A stretch of DNA of 64,000 nt. It comes from Prorocentrum cordatum. Its lineage: Eukaryota. The translations under genes were made by a program, and so were the position numbers. Shown here piece by piece: positions 15,251 through 27,000 of this stretch; position 1 is the first letter of the stretch; every line of letters begins with the position of its first letter. Below the pieces are notes generated by a model, which was not told the DNA's origin, ran no database searches, and saw only the letters and a list, made by a program, of their open reading frames with translations. Location of the stretch: positions 310,001 to 374,000 of the forward strand of contig CAUYUJ010000015.1 in the NCBI GenBank assembly GCA_963575745.1. Reading direction: 5' to 3'.

Positions 15251-16730
15251 TGTGCACGCCGCCGAGAGGGAGAGGGATCTCCTGGAGCCTCAGAGGTGAT
15301 GACGAGAAAGAAGGGGTGGTGAGGCAGGCTGCTGCGGCGATGCTGCTCTGCGCGGCGGGCGGGGGAAGCGCTAGAAGCTGGTAGGTTGCAAGCGGAACAG
15401 GTGCAAACTGCGGCAGAGGTCCGCGTGCAGTGGCCTCGGCTGCCAACCAGGCCTCTGATTGAATCATCCTCCACAACCTCCCCTCCCAATATCTTCACAG
15501 CTCCACCGATCTATGGAAAGATACCCGTCGGTCGTTGAAAGTAGGTATTTCTGGATTCACAGATTCCGACCGACTTCAGGCGCCTTCCTTTTTCAATCGT
15601 CGAGTGTTTCTTCTTGTTCCTTCCTCTTCAGGGGGCGGGCGGAAACCCAATCAACCTCCAACCCCTTCGTACTTTCTGTTTCTACCCACTTCTTCCGACC
15701 GACGGGTAAGGTTGGCGAGACAATCCAGCATGGCATCAAGGATCCACGGAGTGGAGAAGCGCACTTTTCTTTGGAAGCGCACGCGCAGGGTTGCCGCCTG
15801 GCGCTCGCCCTCGGCGAGGAGCTGGGCCTCCGCCTCAAGGAGCTGCGCCTCCAGCGACCGGCGGAAGGTGGCGGCACGCTCTGGAGGAAGCGCCTCGGTC
15901 TTTCGCGGGGCTGCCGCTTGGCGCCCGGCCTGCAGTCGAGGCTCCGTCTTGCGTCTGGCCTCCGCTTTGCTCTCGAAGAGCACCTCGAGCTCTGTGCACG
16001 TCAGCGTTGAAGACGCTGCTGGCGGCGGTGCCGGCGTAGGCGTCCACGTGGGCGTTGTGGCAGGCGGAGACGAGGACTCTCCTGTCGCCGATATGGATGC
16101 CGCGCTCTGAGTGGGTTGCATGGCTGATGGCCTTCTGGGAGGAGCCGGGGGCGTTCGAAGTGGACAGCGCCGTAGCCTAGGGATTGGCCGGCCAGGCTGA
16201 TGGCGAGTTGGGAGGCCTAGAGGTGCCCGCAGAGGCTGAAGACGGCGTTCAGGGCATCCTCCTTGATGCTGCGCGGCAGGTTCTCGACTAGGATGGTGTT
16301 GCCGCGGGATGTCTGGCGCGTGGCATCCGCCTGGCGCGCGGCATCCATAGGCGCAGCAGCTCTGGCTGCCAGCTCGACCTCTGCGGCCAGGGTACGCCAG
16401 GCGAGCTCGTCCTGGTGTTGGTCAGCGCGAAGTTTCGCGGCGGGTCCAGCCGTGGCGACGGGGGGGTGGGGTCCTCGGCGACATAGCCCGTCGGGCTAGG
16501 TGTGGGGGGCCGCCGAAGGGTTCCCGCGGGGGGATTCCCATCTACACTTTCTTCTGGGCTACAGCCCGGGTCTACTCCAGGATGGAGCGCCTAAGGGGGC
16601 AAGTCAGCAGACGGCCGAGGCGCACCTGACAGCAGGGCCTGGAGACGCACGGCTTGGTGCCTCCCGCCGCCTCCGCTGGGACCACCTCTGCCCTCGTTGG
16701 GGATATTGCTCGTGCGATCGGCAACTCTCG

Positions 16731-16820
<90 letters not shown>

Positions 16821-17011
16821 AATATTATTATTATTATTATTTAATTATTATTATTATCATCATCAGCAGCAGCATCAGCAGCATCAGCATCAGCATCAGC
16901 ATCAGCATCAGCATCAGCATCATAATCAACATCAACATCAACATCAACATCGTCATCATAATCAACATCATCATCATCATCATCTTCATCATCATCATCA
17001 TCATCATCAGG

Positions 17012-17051
<40 letters not shown>

Positions 17052-17106
17052 GGATCATCATCGTCATCATCATCATCAGCAGCATCATCATTATTGTCAT
17101 CATCAC
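16731..17106. repeat. Compound (CAT)n/(TAT)n/(CAGCAT)n microsatellite
   Basis: Directly visible. Confidence 0.95.
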
Positions 17107-19674
17107 CATGGTTTTGGTCCGAGGGTTTGGGTGCACCAGCTAGGCTGGCGCGAATTTCTCGCGCTGGGACTAGCGCAACGGTGAGCGAAACTGCCTGGCA
17201 CGCGCGCCGCGATCGCCAGCGGGCGCGGCTGCTGCTGGCGGCGTGGGCCGGCAAGGAGAGCGATCGGTTCCAGGCGTGGCTGGCGGCGGGCGCCGGCCTA
17301 TGGGACAGGCACCACGGTTCTTCAGCGGGCACGAGGATGGCAGCAGGCGGTGGCGACAGCAGGAGCAATGTCCAGTCAAGCGGGGGCAAAGCGCCCTAAT
17401 TAGACATGCTCGCGCGGGACAACGGTTATTCGGGCGTCGTGGGCAGCCTGCCGCGCGCGCGGGGCGGAGTGGCCGCCGCGGAGCGTGTGGCAGCGCCCCG
17501 CTTCCCGCAAGGCCCGCCGCAAGGTCAATTCCTCGGTGGCAGCGCTGAGGCGTGACTTGGGGGGGATCAAGAAGCAGAACCAACTGATACTGCAGCGGAC
17601 GGCATCCCGAAGCGCTGCAGGATCGAGCGGGTCGGGGGCCTAAGAGGCGGAGGAGGACGACTGACGGGGGCAATTGCGACCGCTCCTCTCGAAGGTGGGG
17701 CCCTCGGCAGCACGGGCGCGGCTATGCAGGGCCTCCTCGACATGCGCAAGCAGGAGGCCGCGGCCATCACCGAGGCCCGGCGCGCCGCCGAGCCGCCCGG
17801 CTAGCGGCCGCGCGCGATCGACGCCGAGATCGGCCAGGTCGACGGGCGCATGGCTCCCAAGCCGACAGCCGCTGAGGCGAGCGAGGCGGTGGCTGGCAGC
17901 ATCTACGAGGTCGCGGCCACCATGCAGATACTGCAGAGCCGGGGGCCAGACTTCGGCTGCACAGGCCGCTGCCAGCAGCCCCGCGGCGAAGGCGGCGGCG
18001 CCCGTTGCGCCCGAGGCCCGAGGCCGCCAGCGGCGGAGGCGCCCAGCAGCCCGCCGCGGCCGCCGGCCCCGCCCATCCCCAGCACAGCGAGCGGCCCACG
18101 GCGGCGGCGGAACCGCCGAACCGCCCGCCCAGGCCGCGACGGAGGGCATCGACGATCTAGAGGATGAGGAGATGGAGGCTGCGCTGGAGTAAGCCCTGGC
18201 TGGGGGTGCGGCTGATTGCGCCAGCGATGCTGAGGGCGCTACCCCGCGCCTCAACCGCGAGCAGCTCCGCGGCGTCATCGCCGCCGCCCGTGCATAGACA
18301 GGCGAGCGCCGCGGAGTCATCGTGGGGGGCCAGCGCTGTGGCGACGACGCGCGCCGCGGTGACGTTGCGCTTCGACGAGCTCGCGCCAGCCTGCGGCGCC
18401 GCGCCCGCGCGCGCGCGGCCCCGGGCACCCGCCGCCGCGGCCGCGGGCGCACAGCGGGCTACTTGGAGGCGGCGAACCCGCGCCGTGCAGCGCGAGACAT
18501 TCGAGATCATGGCGGTCGGCGGATCAGACTGGGGACCGCTCGCGCAGCTCTGGCAAGAGGGCGCGGTCGGCGCGGGCATCGCGGAGAGCAACCGCGCCGG
18601 CGCCTGGCCGACGCAGGAGACGCGCCTCCACTCGCGCGACATCGCCGCGCAGGAGGCCCAGCGCAGGCGCGTTCACATCAAGGCGGCCCTCGCGCCAGGC
18701 GCGGCTGGCAGCGGGGGCGCGGGCGGCGGGGGGGCGGGCGCGGCAAGCGTCGGGATCGCCGCGCCCAGAGAAGGGGGCCCGGCCAGCGCTTCCACCGACG
18801 GCGTCGCCCGCGTCGCGTGCAGCGACGGACGCAGGATGATCGCCGCGACCGACGGGGTCGCCACGGGCGGCGTCGACCTGGCCACCGACGCACTGGGGGG
18901 CGCATCGCAGCGCGCGCACGCAAAGATCGGAAACGAGCTGGTCGCGCAGGGGCGGCCGGGGGCAGTCGGAGGTAATTTCGGCGCGGCGCGCGAGGTCTTC
19001 CGCGAGAAGGCGGGCGGGCCGCTGCAAGCTGCGGGCGGCGCCGCCACGCCGTCGGCCGAGGGCGCCGCGCGCTTTCAGGCAGCTTCGCCCACCGACCCAG
19101 ATTTGTTCATCGCGCAGCGGAGCCCGCGGGGAGCTGCGGCGCGGCGGGGGCCGGGCCCCCCCCGCCCGCGCGGCGCCGTGAAGCCGGCGCTGAACGGGCG
19201 CGCGCTGCGCGAGCCGTCCAGGCGGACGGTCGCGCTTGCTCCCGCGACACCTCAAAGCGAAACTATCAACTTTTTCCGAGCGGTTCGCTTTCGATTTCGC
19301 TTTCTTAACTATTAACTTTTTCGGGGAAGCTTCGCTTTCGCTTTCGCTTTCCCAACAATTAACTATTATTTTCTGCGCTTCGCTTAGTCATTCCCGCCGT
19401 CGCCTGAACTTGTCCCTTGCGGCCGTGCCTTCACCGAATTATGAATCGCGCGCCCACTGGGATTCAATGGTTTCGGTACGGAAGGCACGTAGTATGCAAG
19501 ATGTGGCAACAGTCCAACCACATTCTCATGCTCCGTCAAATCCGTATTGCATTAGAATTTTTTTCTCCGAAGCATCTTTACCCAAACCATATGACATGAT
19601 GCTGGCTGCTGTTGCCCAGCGTGGGCCTTCAATAGTGGTTCTTTGGTTCCTAGCAATGCCCGTGGGGGAACCTA

Positions 19675-20002
19675 TGTCGTGCAATATATGAGATGCGAGC
19701 TACGTGGTGCAATCTATGTGGTGCCATCAAGGTTGTGCGACACATGTGGTGCGATGTATGTGGTTCAATATATGTAGCGCAACCTATGTGGTGCAAGATG
19801 CGTGGTGCGATGTATGCGCCCATATTGATGTGGCGCAACCTATGTGGTGTAAAGTTTGTGGTGGGAGCTGCGTGGTGCAAAACATGTGGTGCAATAGCTG
19901 CGATGCTGTCCATATGGTGCAATATATGTGGTGCAAGCTACGTAGTGCAATCTATGTGGTGTTATCTATGTGGTGCAATATATGTTGTGCAATCTACGCG
20001 GT
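19675..20002. repeat. Degenerate minisatellite, consensus ATGTGGTGCAATCT
   Basis: Many imperfect copies of (A)TGTGGTGC(AA). Confidence 0.85.
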
Positions 20003-22415
20003 ACATCTCGGGTGGCGAAGAGGCAGCGACGGGGCGGCGACGGCGCACCGCCAGACCAGCACCCACGCCCAAACGACAGGCGGCGACGAAGCGGCGACGG
20101 GGACAACAGAGCCGGTAGTTACGCTCCCAGGCCCACCCCCCTAGACCCTAGAAAACAAATAAGAAACCCTGGGTGCAAACATTGTTTGGGGAACCTTGGA
20201 TATACCGGCGTATCGCACGATTGAGATAGAATATTGGTACGTTCGCGAGCTCCAGGCTCAAGAGCTCGTCGCATCCCAGGTGGTGGACCTGCATTCCTTT
20301 TTGCAACGGCCCCAACAGACCGCCGACAGCATGTCGGCTTCCTCCTACGCTGTTCGTCGCAAGGCGCTCGCAGCCATGTTCGGGGAGCCCCCTGGCGCCA
20401 CCCCCGAGAAAAAACAGAAGGTGTTGAACTGTATCCCACTGACCCCTGAAGAGAAAAGAGCAAAGGATCTCGAGGAGGGCGGGGGACACGCAATACAATT
20501 TGTTGTTACATCCGACACTGCACGCGTGCAGCGCGCACTTTACCTAGGAAGGTGCACCCCTGCAAGAGGGGGGGCACACTAGGGAACATGAAAACGCAGC
20601 CCCCACCCCTGAGGATGTCGACGCTTTCAAGCGGCAGGCCGACGCGACAGCCGAGGCCCAGCGACAGCTCCCCGAGGAGTGGGGCCTCGAGTGGCCCAGG
20701 CCGCAGCCAACGGGGCCACCGCGCAAGGGGGGGCCGATCCCCAGAGCCCAAAAATGGCAGGATAGTCTTTACCAGTGGCACGCGGGAGTTGTGAAGGGCG
20801 AGCTCCCCAAGCCCTCGGCGCCCCCGCCGCTGCCGTTCCCCTCGGACTGGGACCATAAGAAGTGCCCAGCGTGGGCGTACCAGGCGAGGGCGACGACCCC
20901 CGACAAAGACCCACAGGCCACTCCGAAGGCGCAGAACGGGGAAATCCAAGTCGATCTGACGCCCGAGAAAGGCCCGCGGGGCACTCCGAAGGCGGAGGAC
21001 GGGGACACCCAGGGCGTGGTGAACGACGAGTGCGCGAAGCAGCCCGGGAAGAAGCGGAGTTATCATTTGTACCCGCCCGAGGTGGTTGATTTCTATTTCG
21101 GTTTCGAGAAGGACATGGGGGGGGCCCGCTCGAAAGTTGTCGACTGCGTCAAGAAACACTACCCCTCCCTGTTCCCGAAGACCTTCTGTGAGAGCCGAGT
21201 TCGCGCCTGGGAAAAGACGCGCCATCGTCCTGACAACGGGAGCGCTGCTGCTGGGCAGGGATGGCGTTTGGGCCAGACTGTCTTGCCAGTCGGCCATTTG
21301 GCATTCATCGGCTCCCTCATCGTATCGCAGTACAACGCCGGAATTCCCATGACCGCGCGGCTCCTCGTTCCCCTCGTGGCAGGGGCATTGGTGGCGAAGG
21401 GGCTCGGGGACAAGGTGGTCTCGAAGCAAATGCGGAGGGCACCCGCGCAATGCATCAGCAAAATCGCTTGGGCATGCAATGTAGAATTGTGGGCGCAGCA
21501 CGCGAGACCCGACATGTACGTATTATTTGCATGCATGTGGCCCGTTCGCTTGTATGTGTATGCGTGCCACCCCGCATGTACGCACTACTGCATGACAGAG
21601 CGCGTTCCGTGCTGTTTGTTGACGGAGAAGGAAGAAACGGACACCGAACGTGAACACCACGCACAAGTAGCAGGGTTGTCCTACGAACGTGGCCGAAATT
21701 CTGCGCACAGAGAGAAACGCGTCACCCTGGGCACTCGCAAAAACGACCCGGAAAAAACAAACATGTGCCGCCCTGGGCGTTTCCAAACAAATTCCGGTGG
21801 ACGTGGAGAGGAAGGAGGGGGACAAGGGGGAGGAGGAGGAGGAGGACAAGGAGGAGGAGGAGGAGGAGGAGGAACGGGAGGAAGTAGGAAAACAAATGGC
21901 GCATGATACGAAGTCGGCCTGATGAAACGTCTCCCGCCCGCGGCTGGATGGGAAGTTCCGCAGAAGGTGTTGGCGGACTGCCCAAACGGCCACAACGATG
22001 AATCCAACGCACTAGAGAGAAAAGAAGTGGGAGGGGAGGAGGAACAAAGGAGGGAAGAGAAGAGGGGGCAGGAGCAGACAGGCACGCACGAGTGAGACTG
22101 AACATGATAATCCTAATGTTGGCAGCATGAATAGGTGTAGCGTGTGTGTTCTGTGTCTAATGTTGTGCCTGTGCGCGTATCTGGATCTGTGCACTGATGT
22201 GTGTATGGTATGTCTACGTGTACGCAAATGCACCAGTGAGCTCTTTTCACTGCGCCCTGTCGCCAGGGCTATGCTTCGACGTAGGTCCGATACAAGATTC
22301 AAAACTCGTCTGAAAACGCATCGCACTAGTGCTCGCACAATGTTCGGTCCAGACTCTGACCCTAATTTGCCACTAAGCGCCACTCCGCTCAGGCTTGTCA
22401 TCAACCTTTCGGCTC

Positions 22416-24065
22416 TCAGATGCCGAACGCCTTCTCCAGAATGTGTTGAGTACTCTTGTCGAGACTACCCATGGCCGCCTGCGCATCTTCACCGCCCTCC
22501 ACTTCGTGGTCTGCCTCGCCTGCTGGCTCCATTTCCGCTGCCTCCTCGGCCTCCCACGCTGCGCCCAGTCCAAGTTCCTCGTCAGCTGCTTCCGCTGCGG
22601 CTTTCGCCTCAGCAGCTTTCCTTTCTTGGTAGCGCAATGTTTTGTAAGGGTTGCACACCAAGCACCCTCCTCCGGACCAGCGGCACCTGGGGCAACCGTA
22701 CAAGTAATTGCCACCTCCTTTGCAGCCGTCAGGCTGCAGCGCCTTGGATTTCGCCTTCTCCTTCGCTTTGTCCTTCCCCTTCGCCTTCTCCTCTTTGGCC
22801 TTCTGTTCCCCTTTCGCCATCCCCTCATCCTCTTCATCATCCTTCGCATTATCCTCCTTCGCCTTATCCTCTCCCTTCGCTTTGTCATCCCCTTTCGCCT
22901 TCCCTCCATCCTCCTCCATCGTCTCGTCAATTTGTTTCGCCTTCTCCACCTCCTTCTTCGCCGTCTGCTCCGCCTTCGCCTTCTCCTCCTCCTCCTCCTC
23001 CTTTGCGTTCTCCTCCTCGTTCGCGTTCGCCTTCGCTTTTTCCTCGATGTCCTTCTCCTCACCCTGCGCCTTTTCCTCGTCTGCCTGCGCATCGGGGGAC
23101 TTGCTGATCTTCGTCAGGGTTCCCCCGAATAGCTCCTTTTTGGCCTCCAGGGCTTCCGCCTCCTGGAAGAGCGCCCCCTGCTGCGGGCCCCAAGCCTGCG
23201 CCAAGCCTGACTCGGCCCATCCGCGGCACAGCTCCTGCCCAGAAGGACGACGAGGAAAACGAGGAGGACGACGAGGACAACGAGGGAGTGGGAGATGGAG
23301 GAGGGGGAGGAGGACAGCGAGGAAAACAGGGACGAGGGGCAGGCATACCCACTTTCGATCGATTGTTTTGTTGATGTGTGCGCGTTTCGTTTCGCTCGAG
23401 GGCCTGGCGGGTGAAGGGCCACGAACTCGCAGGGGGGGGCCGGGTGATTCGGGAAAGATGCGCTGCCTTGTCTTTCTTAGAGATCTGCTCGAAGGCAGTA
23501 GACAGAAAATGGCAGAAGGGAGTCTTCAAGGCAACGAGGTTCAGGTCGATCGTCACAGAGGTGCTCGGGACACTCTGGTCAGCAAGCTTCAAGGCAACTT
23601 GACCCGCGAACCACTCCGTGGCCGCAGTGCTGATGAGGTTCTTGAACTGGGCGTTAACGGCAACGTCCAGAGGCTGCAAGAAAGGGGTATAGTTTGCCGG
23701 AACGAACAGCAGGATGAGTTGCGGAAGCGTCTGCTTCACCCAATCCAGAAATCCAGCGTCACGGTGCGAAGAGTAGACGTCGAGGATGAGCACCATGCGT
23801 TGCCCAAGTGGCAAGCCGTTCTTCTCCACCATAGGCGTGTAGTATGTCTCCATGAGATGGGTGACGAATTCCTTCATGGTTTGCACTGTGCTCCAGTGGC
23901 TCTCAGAATGGGCGTGGAAGATATGTTTTTCGAACTGCTTCTGCGTCTGGGAGGTCGGCTCGCACTGCTTCGTTTTCCCTCCCCAGATCACTTGGCGCGG
24001 CCTGATGAGCTCGCCTGCGGCTGAAATCCGCCGACCCTGTCGGCGTGTGGAATGGGCTGTTCCGT

Positions 24066-24098
<33 letters not shown>

Positions 24099-27000
24099 CC
24101 AAGCGAGTGAGCCAAATCGAAATGCACCAACCCAGCCAAAGCGAAACGGAGCAACGTCCTCATCGTCGTCGTCGTAATCGTCGTCATTCAGGGTCGGCGG
24201 CGCTCGCCGTAAGGCCTTTCGAATCGTCGGTATGACCGTGTATTGCCGCTTGTCTCCAGCCCCGTGGAAGACCGTCTGCTGCCCCTTCCCGCTGGGTGCC
24301 CAACCCCGAGGCTTCAAAGGGAGTAAAAAGACACCTGTTTCGTCCATGTTCACCACAAGCTCTCGCGGGATGGAGTGGGAAACGATGATATAGACCAGAC
24401 GCAAGAGGAACAGATGAGCTGTAGCCTTCAGGTCCACCTCGTTCGGTTGATGCTTCTTGGTGCGAGTCGGCCGCTTGTAGGACATCTTCAGAACTACTTT
24501 GCAGAATCGCTGCACCCACCTGTCCGTGATGCTGACCTTCCCATCGTGGCCTTTCTTTTCGTTCCCTTTCGTTTCGGTCACCACCTGGGAGCGTATTTGC
24601 TGTGCGACCGCTCTGGGCGTCAGCGCCGGAGCGTGTTAATAAATCCTCTGCCCCTTTCGCCCGCGGAGCTCTTCCCACGCTTGAGAGCGCATGCTTTGAC
24701 ACATCCCCCTCCCCGCCTCCGGTACATCCTCCTCGTCCTCCTCCGCCGCGCGGTCGATCAGCAAATGCGCTCCCAGGTGGTGACCGAAACAAAAGGGAAC
24801 GAAAAGAAAGGCCACGATGGGAAGGTCAGCATCACGGACAGGTGGGTGCAGCGATTTTGCAAAGTAGTTCTGAAGATGTCTTACAAGCGGCCGACTCGCA
24901 CCAAGAAGCATCAACCGAACGAGCTGGACCTGAAGGCTACGGCTCATCTGTTCCTCTTGCGTCTGGTCTATATCGTCGTTTCCCACTCCATCCCACGAGA
25001 GCTTGTGGTGAACATGGACGAAACAGGTGTCTTTTAACTCCCTTTGAAGCCTCGGGGTTGGGCACCCAGCGGGAAGGGGCAGCAGACGGTCTTCCATGGG
25101 GCTGGTGACAAGCGGCAATACACGGTCATACCGACGATTCGAAAGGCCTTACGGCGAGCGCCGCCGACCCTGAACGACGACTACGACGACGACGATGACG
25201 ACGTTCCTCAATGTTGCTTTGGTTGGGTTAGGGCACGTCGATTTGGCTGGCTCGCTTGGCGGCGACGGCGACGACGACGAACGGAACAGCCCATTCCACA
25301 CGCCGACAGGGTCGGCGGATTTCAGCCGCAGGCGAGCTCATCAGGCCGTGCCAAGTGATCTGAGGAGGGAAAACGAAGCAGTGCGAGCCGACCTCCCAGA
25401 CGCAGAAGCAGTTCGAAAAAACATATCTTCCACGCCCATTCTGAGAGCCACTGGAGCACAGTGCAAACCATGAAGGAATTCGTCACCCATCTCATGGAGA
25501 CATACTACACGCCTATGGTGGAGAAGAACGGCTTGCCACTTGGGCAACGCATGGTGCTCATCCTCGACGTCTACTCTTCGCACCGTGACGCTGGATTTCT
25601 GGATTGGGTGAAGCAGACGCTTCCGCAACTCATCCTGCTGTTCGTTCCGGCAAATTACACCCCTTTCTTGCAACCTGTGGACGTTGCCGTCAACGCCCAG
25701 TTCAAGAACCTCATCAGCACTGCGGCCACGGAGTAGTTCGCGGGTCAAGTTGCCTTGAAGCTTGCTGACCAGAGTGTCCCGAGCACCTCTGTGACGATCG
25801 ACCTGAACCTCGTTGCCTTGAAGACTCCCTTCTGCCATTTTCTGTCTACTGCCTTCGAGCAGATCTTTAAGAAAGACAAGGCAGCGCATCTTTCCCGAAT
25901 CACCCGGCCCCCCTCTGCGAGTTCGTGGCCCTTCACCCGCCAGGCCCTCGAGCGAAACGAAACGCGCACACATCAACAAAACAATCGATCGAAAGTGGGT
26001 ATGCCTGCCCCTCGTCCCTGTTTTCCTCGCTGTCCTCCTCCCCCTCCTCCATCTCCCACTCCCTCGTTGTCCTCGTCGTCCTCCTCGTTTTCCTCGTCGT
26101 CCTTCTGGGCAGGAGCTGTGCCGCGGATGGGCCGAGTCAGGCTTGGCGCAGGCTTGGGGCCCGCAGCAGGGGGCGCTCTTCCAGGAGGCGGAAGCCCTGG
26201 AGGCCAAAAAGGAGCTATTCGGGGGGACCCTGACGAAGATCAGCAAGTCCCCCGATGCGCAGGCAGACGAGGAAAAGGCGCAGGGTGAGGAGAAGGACGT
26301 CGAGGAGGAAGCGAAGGCGAACGCGAACGAGGAGGAGAACGCAAAGGAGGAGGAGGAGGAGGAGAAGGCGAAGGAGGAGGAGGAGGAGGAGGAGGCGAAG
26401 GCGAAGGCGGAGGACAAGGCGAAGGAGGAGGAGGAGGAGGAGGAGAAGGCGAAGGAAGTGGACGGGGCGAAGGAGGAGGATGGAAGGAAGGCGAAAGGGG
26501 ATGAGAAAGCGAAGGGAGAGGATAAGGCGAAGGAGGAGGATAAGGCGAAGGATGATGAAGAGGATGAGGGGTTGACGAAAGGGGAACAGAAGGCCAAAGA
26601 GGAGGAGAAGGCGAAGGGGAAGGGCAAAGCGAAGGAGAAGGCGAAATCGAAGGCGCCGCAGCCTGACGGCTGCAAAGGAGGTGGCAATTACTTGTACGGT
26701 TGCCCCAAGTGCCGCTGGTCCGGAGGAGGGTGCTTGGTGTGCAACCCTTACAAAACATTGCGCTACCAAGAAAGGAAAGCTGCTGAGGCGAAAGCCGCAG
26801 CGGAAGCAGCTGACAAGGAGCTTGGATTGGGCGCAGCGTGGGAGGCCGAGGAGGCAGCGGAGATGGAGCCAGCAAGCGAGGCTGACCACGATGTGGAGGG
26901 CGGTGAAGATGCGCAGGCGGCCGTGGGTAGTCTCGACAAGAGTGCCCAAAACATCCTGGAGAAGGCGTTCGGCATCTGAGAGCCGAAGGGTGGATGATAA

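Larger units (their letters stand above)
20331..26979 (+). pseudogene. Second, inactivated copy of the same transposase; exons 20331-~20475, 20614-21414, 24777-25880, 26113-26979
   Basis: Mirror copy with TAA at 25035, TGA at 25361, a +1 A near 25420, TAG at 25734 and the 182-bp insertion at 25138-25319. Confidence 0.8.

Noticed and set aside
15460..19315. ORFs at 15651-16121 and 18164-19315
   Set aside because: No identifiable domain; their length is explained by high GC content.
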